Positions 54,069 through 64,000 of a stretch of 64,000 bases of DNA are shown in pieces. The stretch's first letter is position 1; every line of letters begins with the position of its first letter. Origin of the DNA: Octopus vulgaris (Eukaryota); the NCBI GenBank assembly GCA_951406725.2, contig OX597816.1:138012001-138076000 (forward strand). Reading direction: 5' to 3'. The position numbers were made by a program, and so were the translations under genes. Below the pieces are notes generated by a model. The model saw nothing but the letters and a program-made list of their open reading frames with translations, did no database searches and had not been told where the DNA came from.

Positions 54069-54915
54069 CTGATGCGCAAAAGAGACAGAGACGTAGGAAA
54101 AGCCGTAAAATGTGACAACCGATGCAGACTTTATGGAGTTAACACCGAAGATATCACCCACATCATAAACAGTTGTCCGAAAATATCATCACGGTATAAT
54201 CAACCGATGAGAATGATGTTGTAGCTAGGATACAGTACAATGAGATCCGTCGGAAGGATAAACCCGAGGCCAAAGAAATAAGAACCTACATTATGGTAGA
54301 AGTCATAGCCATTCATGATAAAAAGGAGTACTGGTAGAATGTTCCAGTGAAAACCTCAATTAAATGTAAACGTAATAGACCTGATGTAGGAATTTGTGAT
54401 TGAGAAGAGAAACTGTGTATAGTTGTGGATATCAGCTAACCAGTGGATGTTAACACAACGCTAAAGGTCAGCGAAAAAGAAATTACCTACTTGAATTATT
54501 GAGAAATCTTCAGAGTTACTCTATCCGGATTACAAAGTTCAGGTTAATACCTGGGGCACTAGGATATGTAACACGCTGTCTAAATAACAATCTTGAGAAT
54601 TTAGGTTTCTTAAAACCAGAAAGGAGAAAACTGATTCGAAGACTACAGATCCAAGCCATCACTGAAACTAAAAATCTGTAAAACTTACCAGTTTATCACT
54701 TAAGTATATACGAACTTGTCCATACATACATACATACATACATACATACATACATACATACATACATACATACATACATACATACATACATACATACATG
54801 CATGCATGCATACATACCCTTATGTTGAAATTTCAGTGAAGGAGCCTTGGACCTAGGTTAGAAACCGGCTCTTTCTCTATTGGCAAGAATCTTGAAATAA
54901 AACTGATTAATGACA
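54069..54915 (+). mobile_element. 5'-truncated R4/Dong-type LINE (CCHC knuckle, restriction-like endonuclease, 3' UTR) in (CATA)n
   Basis: CDNRCRLYGVNTEDITHIINSCPK, NRPDVGI, KLCIVVDIS, KVSEKE, IPGALGYV, RRLQIQAI. Confidence 0.85.
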
Positions 54916-55710
54916 TACATATGTGTAATAGATGTATCATCATATTACTGTATGCCATATTTGCACACATCTCCGCCCCAAAGGTCCTTCGCGGGCCATA
55001 GCATTATTAGACTGGTTCCCTCGATTCTGTGGCTAATATATTGCACCCCTGTACGGGACGCCTGTCTGTCACAAGAGTACTCATTTTTTTTGCTAACTGA
55101 GTGGTCTGGATCAACGTGAAACAAAGTGGTTTGCTCATTGCATTGCTCGGTCCAAGAACCGAAACCGCAATCTTACGATCATGAGTGCAATACTCTAACC
55201 ACTACGCCACGCTCATCCACTTAGTATATCACTATGTATATTATAAGAACTTATGAATATATTCACGAATGAATAATGGATATAGGGAATTGCATACACA
55301 TAAACACTCACACATTCAAACACAAGCACGCTCACATCACACAAATACACAAACATACATACACACCACACACAGCTACACATACATATATACACATACA
55401 TACGTATGCATATGTTTTTGTGCGTGAAGTATATTTATATGGAAAAAGATATTTGCCCTCACATTTATCTACTCAAGCGATATAGATATATTTGTACAAC
55501 GACCGGGCACGTACGCATATATAAACAAATTGTGGATATACTGGAATATTCATACAGGCGTCTGCTTGAGTTTAAAATTAGGGTAAACCCACCCGAGTAG
55601 GCAGAGATAATAGCAATTGATCTACACGATTACGCTGCAATGCTTCTATCATACATACATACATACGTATGTATGTATGTATCGCATTATGCGTTTATGG
55701 ATTGAGTATT

Positions 55711-55762
<52 letters not shown>

Positions 55763-55784
55763 TAGATAGATAGATAGATAGATT

Positions 55785-55832
<48 letters not shown>

Positions 55833-55860
55833 TTCATATATACATAGATACATGCATACA

Positions 55861-55951
<91 letters not shown>

Positions 55952-56264
55952 ATACATACATACACACACATATATATATATGTATTTTTATATCCACTCA
56001 GATATATTTACACCTACATAATTATGTGTATATATATGTGTGTTTAGTGAGAGAGAGAAACAGAAACAGACAGAATGAAAGAGTGAGATTTAATTTATAT
56101 TTAGCGTTATGGCTGACGTTTAAAATGGAAATTCCATGCAATATTCCAACGACTATTGGAACTTAAGAGAGTGTAATCCAGTTCCAGTATTATTGTATGG
56201 AAATATATCAACTAAATGCTCAATGTAAATTTAAGTGCAGCCAAAAGTTACGGTCCGTCTCTTC

Positions 56265-56320
56265 ATATCTCTGATGAAGAAAACCAATTCCATCTCAGTT
56301 TTCGGAATAATCTCAGATAT
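56265..56320 (+). ncRNA. Hammerhead ribozyme remnant (type I)
   Basis: ATATCT-CTGATGA-AGAAAAC-loop-GTTTTC-GGAA-TAATC-TC-AGATAT; stems I and II pair, but GAAA reads GGAA. Confidence 0.5.
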
Positions 56321-59212
56321 AGTTGTAAATAAATGATAACCGACGTTGAATTATCGATGGTGGTGGTGGTGTGGAAGATATAGGTAGTGTTCGTAATTGG
56401 CGTATATATTTTGTGATTTAAAAGGTGGTCATCTTATTCTAAGATAGAGTTATTCTGAAATATTCTTGGTAATCTAACCAATTTCCATCATTCAATTCAG
56501 TTGAACTGTTAAGATGCTACAGAATATGGAAAAGATTTTCTGTGAACCAGTAATTAGTTTTATGTCATTTATTGCTTGAATGCTGGGTTGCCGACTAGCT
56601 TGAAAATGCTTTATTCTTTAATAGTCTTTAATAATTCTCTCTCCGGTTGCACTGCTTGCACGTATTCACTGTGACTCTCTGTCGCCATTCAGTTCTATTA
56701 TGAACTTGAACTGGTGAGCTTGAGTCATAATGAATCTTTGATTAGCTGATTTCACAACCATGGACGCTGCCCATACAGATGCGTTGCCGTTATTCTCAAG
56801 ATAAAGCTAATCCTGACCTTTGATCTTCAAGGATTCCTCTGCTCAGCATAAATGTAACAAGTACCGTTGGCTCAGTTGAGTCCTTCCGCTGCCGCTTCAT
56901 AATCCGCCGTGTTGCAGTCCCATGACTTCAATGTATCCCAGGCAAGGTGGCTGAATGGTTGCTATGTCTTGCCAAAGGCAACCCGTAACTCTGCAGTCGG
57001 GCTGCGTTTGGCAAGACATAGCATTCTGTGAGGTATTTTAGTAATTTTGATAGTCGCTAACTCTATATAATGCCTCAAATGTGATCTACCAAAGTAAGCC
57101 ACCCAAACGTCTGATACGGTAAAGTTGCCTCACATAGAAGACCACTAAAAAGTCCTTACACTTACAACTCTCGTCCACAGACACTGTTTCCTCACTAACT
57201 TTTCTATAACTGCTGTCATAGCCTCTGCTAATTAGAGTTAAATGCTTGCATAGCACCATTTAAATCTACCCAACACATTCACCTCCATACAATGTATAAC
57301 TCGTTTCTAAGGCCCGCAGTAACCATTCACTCAATCCTACTGGCCTAGAATATCTCTCCACTGGAAATCCCAGATTTTTCTTTTTTACTTGCAGTTACTG
57401 AAGATGATTATTAACTGCCTTGATCGCACCAGTCCGAAAGGTACCGCAAACGTCATCTAAGCAATTTCTTCCTCATTACTAAACTTCCAAAAAAAAAAAA
57501 CGGCATGTGTCTCTAAGTCAGCTTAACACAGTTTATGACACGTGAGATCCTTGGAGTTAGGATGATAAAATCAGATGCCATGGTATATGAATTAGTAGTG
57601 TCCCGTTTTCATTATCAAAACTTTTATATTCACTTATATCATGGTTTACTCTTTAAGGCTGTAATTTGTAAATGGCACATGAAACAGTTACTATATTTAT
57701 TTCAAGTACTGAGTTCGGTCTTTGATATCAATCTAACTCTTGTATATTACTCTTCACTCTTTAAAAAAAAAATTTTCCTTCATTTCTTTAGGTTGTATTT
57801 TATTCAGTTTTATCTCTCTAAGTGTTTCTAAGTATTTGTTTAATTCATTGAATTCGGTGTCTGAATCTAATTTAATATTAGTTGTAGTTAATTTGGCTCT
57901 CCTTAAGGTATTTTTGGAAAATTTGCCTAATCCTATTCTCCTTTGTTTGTCTCTATTGAATACATACACAATTTTTAGTAGATTTTCCAACAGAACATTT
58001 ATAACCTCGACCTTGTTCCAAATTATTATTGTTATTATTATAGCTATTTTTGTATCGAAGTTTGGTGTATATTACGACGTAAGAAGGTATGGAGGAGGTG
58101 TAAAGCAGAATTTCAGCGTGAAGAAAACATATATGCAAACCAGAAGAGAATTAAATAAGAAAAAAACATCAGCTTTGTTTTTCTTGTGTTGCTCAGTTAT
58201 TCTAGTACATAAGAAACTATTTGTACAGTGCATTCCAGTAAATATCTAGCGATTTCAGAAGATATCTTGAAAATTGAGTTCCCTTATACAAATATCTGAT
58301 AAGTGTTAATCATGTTTGGGCAATTATAGAGTATTAGATACTCCTGAAATTTCCTCTCGTCTTGAAAATATGAAGATAAAAATGAGAGATATTTAAACAC
58401 TAAATGCGCAATCTTCAAAGAGAAAGCTTGAGTTACAATTATACGTCTATAGAATCAAACAAACGGGTAATTATGTTTTTTCAAGTGGAAGTTATTTCGG
58501 GAATAGCTTGAAGAGTATATCTGCGTGTGTTTGGGAGGGGAAGGGGAGAATGTGTCTATGAGTGGGTATCAGTACGTGTGTATGCGTGTGTGTGTGTGAA
58601 AACAATAAATCTTTTATCAGTATCAAAAGTAGCAAACACTTCTTCAAGTAAACCAATCGGAATTCTGTATTTTCGGTGTTCAGAAATTGGTTGGTTGTAA
58701 ACAGATGGTGAAAAGTTTTAACCAGTTTTCCCATGAAAAGTATTATTTTTTCTTATGAGTGTAAACATATTAACAGTACCAACACCCAGCAATCCATTAA
58801 TGATTATTTCTTACACAAGCACCAAACTGACGCCTTTCTTACATTAGCAACAATCGTCTAAATGTAAAAATTTCACTTGGGTTTCGAAACTGATACGGTA
58901 TAATAAACTAAGTTGATGGTTAAGTTTCCCTGATAATTATTTCAAGTATATTGATGAGTTTACAATTCTCATTAGATTCCCAGGTGTCGCTTCAAAAGTA
59001 CCCTTTATAATGATGTTATATTTCATTTACACGAAACAAAACAAGATGGAATGTGTCATGTTAAAGTGATGAATGCGAACGAAACTGTAAACTTCAGCGT
59101 GTGTCATCTTAAATATTGAATTTACTGTAAAGTTATAGAGAAGTAAAAGATATATTATTTCGTTTTTGGATTTGGTTAGCAAGATTCTTTATGTGAGTTC
59201 GTGTGTTGAAGC

Positions 59213-59495
59213 ATATTCTGTTGTGTCTGGGGAGAGTCATTCTCTTTTGGTGCCTAATCATTTAACACACTCACCAGTAAAATTTCCACATATTTATTTT
59301 ATTTTTCTAAAATTTTCGTTGTGTCTTGCAATTTTTTTACACAGATCAATGTTTATCAAAACTATTGAAATGGTTGCAAGACGCAACGAAAGTTTTAGCA
59401 AAATATAAAGAAATAAATGGAAATTTTACCGGTGAGTGTGTTAAACTATAAGACACTAAAAGGGAATGACTCTCCCCAGACGCAACAAAAGATAT
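59213..59495. repeat. Imperfect fold-back element (~120-bp arms)
   Basis: tctggggagagtcattc/gaatgactctccccaga, tttaacacactcacc/ggtgagtgtgttaaa, ttcgttgtgtcttgcaa/ttgcaagacgcaacgaa. Confidence 0.9.
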
Positions 59496-60171
59496 ATTAG
59501 TTTTATATAAATGGAAGACACGGTGCCACGTTGTGGTACGAACTTGAAACCACGTGTTTCTGAAGCAAAATTTTTAACGACACAACCATACCTGCACAAA
59601 TATGTTGCTGTTTTTTCTTTCTCAACCAATGTTTTATTTATTTTTGTATTCCTGCCATTTGCGATTTTTCGATTTGTCATATGGTATTTTTTTTTACTAG
59701 TTTCAGGATCTGTAGTGTTTCTTAGAGCCACATTGAAGCTTCCCCATTTACTGCGTCCTCTACTACACTAATTTTATTCAGCTATGAGCTGGAATAACGA
59801 AAGTTTTCTCACACTTCTATAATTAGACTCAGCTAAGTATTTTTCACCTATTATGTATTTGTTAAGTATTCAGAAAGAAATGTATAGTGCAAGAGCATGT
59901 TGGAAGAGCTAACACTTGTTTCATTGTATAAAGAAAATTTGTATGACCATATCTTGTAAGTATTCCCACTGGAAAATGTTCTGTTTAGAGAGTTATATCT
60001 CTCATCAGGTGGCGTAAAAATAACGAATGTTTCTTTGGTTGACAGAAGACAAAGAAACTTGGCGACACTGGAATGTCTTACATGGAGAACCTCTTTCAAA
60101 AGTGATCAACATAGAAGTAGATGATTATGTGTGTGTACACACATACACACATATACACAGACACACACACA

Positions 60172-60214
<43 letters not shown>

Positions 60215-60217
<3 letters not shown>

Positions 60218-61146
60218 ATGGCGTAGGACCGAGATCTCTGGAGATATCCTGTGACTGCAAAGACCCGGGCTGCTTCCTGTACCAGTTCTGCATAGACCCC
60301 TGCCCATTCAAAGTACCCTGGATCCCGGAACATCTCGCTGTGCTTGAGGAGACCTGTTGAGTCAAGTACATGAACATGAACATCGAAATAAATATAAATA
60401 TCAATGGAAATAGTAGTTGTGATACCTGTGCCGGTGGAACATAAAAGCACCATCAGGACGTGGCCGTTGCCAGCGCCACCTCGACTGGCTTCTGTGCCGG
60501 TGGCACATAAAAAGCACCATCCGAACGTGGCCGATGCCAGCGCCGCCCCGACTGTCTCCCCTGCCGGTGGCACATAAAAAGCACCATCCGAACGTGGCCG
60601 ATGCCAGCGCCGCCCCGACTGGCTCCTGTGCCAGTGGCACATAAAAAGCACCATCCGAACGTGGCCGATGCCAGCGTCGCCCCGACTGGCTTCTGTGCCG
60701 GTGGCACATAAAAAGCACCATCCGAACGTGGCCGATGCCAGCGCCGCCCCGACTGGCTCTTGTGTCGGAGGCACATAAAAAGCACCATCCGAACGTGGCC
60801 GATGCCAGCGCCGCCCCGACTGGCTTCTGTGCCGGTGGCACATAAAAAGCACCATCCGAACGTGGCCGTTGCCAGCGCCGCCTTAGCTGGCTTCCGTGCC
60901 AGTGGCACGTTAAAAGCTCCAACCGATCGTGGCCGATGCCGGACCCCCCTGGCACCTGTGCAGGTGGCACGTAAAAAGCACCTACTACACTCGCGGAGTG
61001 GTTGGCGTTAGGAAGGGCATCCAGCTGTAGAAACTCTGCCAGATCAGACTGGAGCCTGGTGCAGCACCTGGCTTCCCAGACCCCGGTCGAACCGTCCAAC
61101 CCGTGCTAGCGCGGAAAACGGATGTTAAACGATGATGATGATGATA
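60215..61146 (+). mobile_element. 3' end of an RTE-type LINE (ORF tail and 3' UTR) with (GAT)n tail
   Basis: DRDLWRY ORF-end motif; 3' gttggcgttaggaagggcatccagctgtagaaac...gttaaacgatgatgatg. Confidence 0.75.
60427..60982. repeat. 67-bp GC-rich minisatellite, about 8 copies
   Basis: The (g/a)gtggcac core recurs at 60499, 60566, 60633, 60700, 60767 (variant) and 60834; the outer copies are diverged. Confidence 0.95.
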
Positions 61147-61361
61147 TATATATATATAGTTAATATATATATAGATAATTTAAATGGATTGTGAAGTGGA
61201 ATGCGAAAGAGAGGAGAAAAAGATGGAATAAGCGAGAGGGAGAAGGCGGTAAAGGGTCTGTATTTTGGAGAGATTAGAAGGAATGGTGACACACCTAAGG
61301 TGGTAGGAAGTAAAATGGTGTATACATATATATATATATATATATATATCTTTTTTTTTTT

Positions 61362-61737
61362 TTACTTGTTTCAGTCATTTGACTGCGGCCATGCTGGAGC
61401 ACCGCCTTTAGTCGAGAAAATCGACCCCGGGACTTATTCTTTGTAAGCCCACTACTTATTCTATCGGTCTCTTTTGCCGAACCGCTAAGTGACGGGGGAC
61501 GTAAACACACCAGCATCGGTTGTCAAGCAGGAAACACACACACACATACATATACATATATACATACATATACGACAGGCTTCTTTCAGTTTCCGTCTAC
61601 CAAATCCACTCACAAGGCATTGGTCGGCCCGGGGCTATAGCAGAAGACACTTGCCCAAAAAGCCACGCAGTGGGACTGAACCCGGAACCATGTGGTTCGT
61701 TAGCAAACTACTTACCACACAGCCACTCCTGCGCCTA
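61362..61737 (-). mobile_element. SINE family A, full length
   Basis: Near-identical to 5385-5787. Confidence 0.9.
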
Positions 61738-61772
61738 TGTATATGTATATGTGTTTATATATATATATAATA

Positions 61773-61902
<130 letters not shown>

Positions 61903-62074
61903 CATAAGGGGGATCAGCCATCTGAATGTGGCTAGGGACAGGGCGGGGTGGTGGTGGTGTTACTGATGCATTTAGCCCCAGGCGATCATCAACGTCACCA
62001 GAAGGGCTGACATCATCACGGTGTCCTTGCCAGCCTGCAAAGGGAGATCAGCCTCCCCGAAGATACGGATACTA

Positions 62075-62117
62075 CATACGGACCGGTTTCGAGGTATTTG
62101 CCTCTTATCAACGCATG
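62075..62117 (-). ncRNA. Minimal type-I hammerhead ribozyme (U3-A8 variant)
   Basis: Exact reverse complement of 62572-62614. Confidence 0.8.
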
Positions 62118-62571
62118 GTAAGCACCGTTCTTCGTTGAGGGACTTCCTCTACAGGCTGGATATATATGGATTTTCACAGTAACCACAGTCACTGATGTAG
62201 AAAAACCGTTCGACAACAATAATAAATCTCTGAGCGAGATATAAACAGTAACTGCTCTATAACATAAGGGGGATCAGCCATCTGAATGTGGCTAGGGACA
62301 GGGCGGGGTGGTGAGGGTGTTACTGATGCATTTAGCCCCAGGCGATCATCAACGTCACCAGAAGGGTTGACACCATCACGGTGTCCTTGCCAGCCTGCAA
62401 AGGGAGATCGGCTGATCCCCCTTATGTTATAGAGCTGTTACTGTTTATATCTCGCTCAGAGATTTATTATTGTTGTCGAACGGTTTTTCTACATCAGTGA
62501 CTGTGGTTACTGTGAAAATCCATATATATCCAGCCTGTAGAGGAAGTCCCTCAACGAAGAACGGTGCTTAC

Positions 62572-62614
62572 CATGCGTTGATAAGAGGCAAATACCTCGA
62601 AACCGGTCCGTATG
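62572..62614 (+). ncRNA. Minimal type-I hammerhead ribozyme (U3-A8 variant)
   Basis: CATGCG-TTGATAA-GAGG-CAAATA-CCTC-GAAAC-CG-GTC-CGTATG: 6-bp stem I (one G.U), 4-bp stem II, palindromic ACCGGT stem III, GUC site at 62608. Confidence 0.8.
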
Positions 62615-62827
62615 TAGTATCCGTATCTTCGGGGAGGCTGATCTCCCTTTGCAGGCTGGCAAGGACACCGTGATGATGTCAGCCCTTCTGGTGACGTTGA
62701 TGATCGCCTGGGGCTAAATGCATCAGTAACACCACCACCACCCCGCCCTGTCCCTAGCCACATTCAGATGGCTGATCCCCCTTATGTTATAGAGCAGTTA
62801 CTGTTTATATCTCGCTCAGAGATTTAT

Positions 62828-62877
<50 letters not shown>

Positions 62878-63049
62878 TATATATACATACATACATACAC
62901 ACAAAATACACATGCACACATACACGGAAGGCTTCTCAATCTGTAGGCTTCATGTCTGCTCTAAAACTTTGTTCCTGGTCATTTACCGGTTGCTATTTGT
63001 GGGAAATGCTACTAAATTATCTCTTCATTCATGTCTGAAAAGAATCGGA

Positions 63050-63560
63050 AACAGTTGATTTACCAACTGACGGAACAAGTGTTAAATATGTAGACCAAGC
63101 ATGATCATCGTCGTCTCACCGGAATTTCTATTGACAAGCAAGTACCAGACCAAGTTCCTTTTGTGTATTTTGGAAACGTCACCTCTAGCGACCCAGTGTT
63201 GAGTGAGAAGCTCAACATCAGAATCAAGGAAACCTTTCTTGTGTTTAGATATCTGACGCAAACTCGATTTCTTGAACCAGAACTGTCACCCTTTTACACA
63301 GATCAATGTTTATCAAGTTGTCTCCATTTCGACTGTTTGAGTGACAAAATTCTTTATACTTCAGCATGAGGAATTTTATTATTCCATGTTCCTACAGCCT
63401 CGAGTGTTAAGAGACGACCAGTATCGAAGCAATGATCATAAAAGGCATTCTCCACAGAACCAATCAAGTAATTCGAAAGGAAGAGTCTTGTCTAGAAAGA
63501 GCCGAGGTCTATCGGTAGCTAACAGACGGCTCCCACCAAAGTGGTAGGCCTTAGAAATGT
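63050..63560 (+). mobile_element. Heavily decayed RTE LINE fragment (post-RT region)
   Basis: FVYFGNVTSSDPVLSEKLNIRIKETFLVFRYL and TQINVYQVVSIST resemble the F.YLGS..S.D......I..RI and TKI.VY...V.S motifs. Confidence 0.6.
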
Positions 63561-63953
63561 TGGAAAGGACGAACGAAAAGAAGATCGAGGCCATTAACTC
63601 AGATACAGCCACCGAACATCCGTAATTCGATTCTTAATCTATGCACTGCTTGTCTACAGATCTGTCTCTTTCTTTTTGATCTTGAGCCGCATCTGTGCAT
63701 TCATTATCTTTGAATGCATTGGAACTAAAAATGGAAAAGTGTAACGTCGATTTGATAGATAGCCATCAAACACACATATGCAAAACACGCATGCAAAAAG
63801 ACACACAGATACACACACAACACATATAAACATACTCGCATACTTAATTGTATGTGTACATATATAAAGGCTGGTATTTATTACCTTGGTTCCTTTTGCC
63901 AAACCGGTAATTTACGGTAACGTGAACAAACCAGCACCGGTTGTCAAGCATTT

Positions 63954-64000
63954 GGCGGCGAGCTGGCAGAAATGTTAGCACGCCGGGCGAATGCTTAGCG
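63954..64000 (+). mobile_element. SINE family B 5' end (runs off the window)
   Basis: ggcggcgagctggcagaaatgttagcacgccgggcgaatgcttagcg. Confidence 0.8.

Noticed and set aside
60106-61099. Long repetitive ORFs, and a CRISPR-like appearance of the 67-bp array
   Set aside because: Head-to-tail minisatellite without unique spacers in a eukaryotic retroelement UTR; no cas genes.
61926-62763. Identical 67-70 aa ORFs on both strands
   Set aside because: A by-product of the inverted duplication; non-ATG starts and no recognisable protein motif.

Overview
AT-rich eukaryotic DNA dominated by microsatellites ((TA)n, (CA)n, (CATA)n, (GATA)n, (CAGA)n, (CAT)n/(AAT)n) and transposon debris. The tRNA-derived SINE families and repeat landscape look like a coleoid cephalopod (Octopus-like) genome; this is an inference. 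No intact host protein-coding gene can be supported, and most ORF-track entries are translated microsatellites or SINEs. Recognisable elements are three tRNA-derived SINE families, LINE remnants (L1/Tx1, RTE, R4/Dong-type, CR1-like), a Penelope-like element, Tc1/mariner remnants, non-autonomous Helitrons and MITE-like fold-backs. The best discovery candidate is a 360-bp tandem and inverted unit at 61.9-62.8 kb carrying a complete minimal type-I hammerhead ribozyme with the compensatory U3-A8 core, i.e. a retrozyme-like element. Several further hammerhead motifs occur, some in fold-back arms beside (TA)n. Also seen: four locally templated insertions, a pre-miRNA-sized hairpin and a possible spliced 5' end of a host gene at 13.4-14.7 kb. 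Coordinates were read by eye; element boundaries are approximate.
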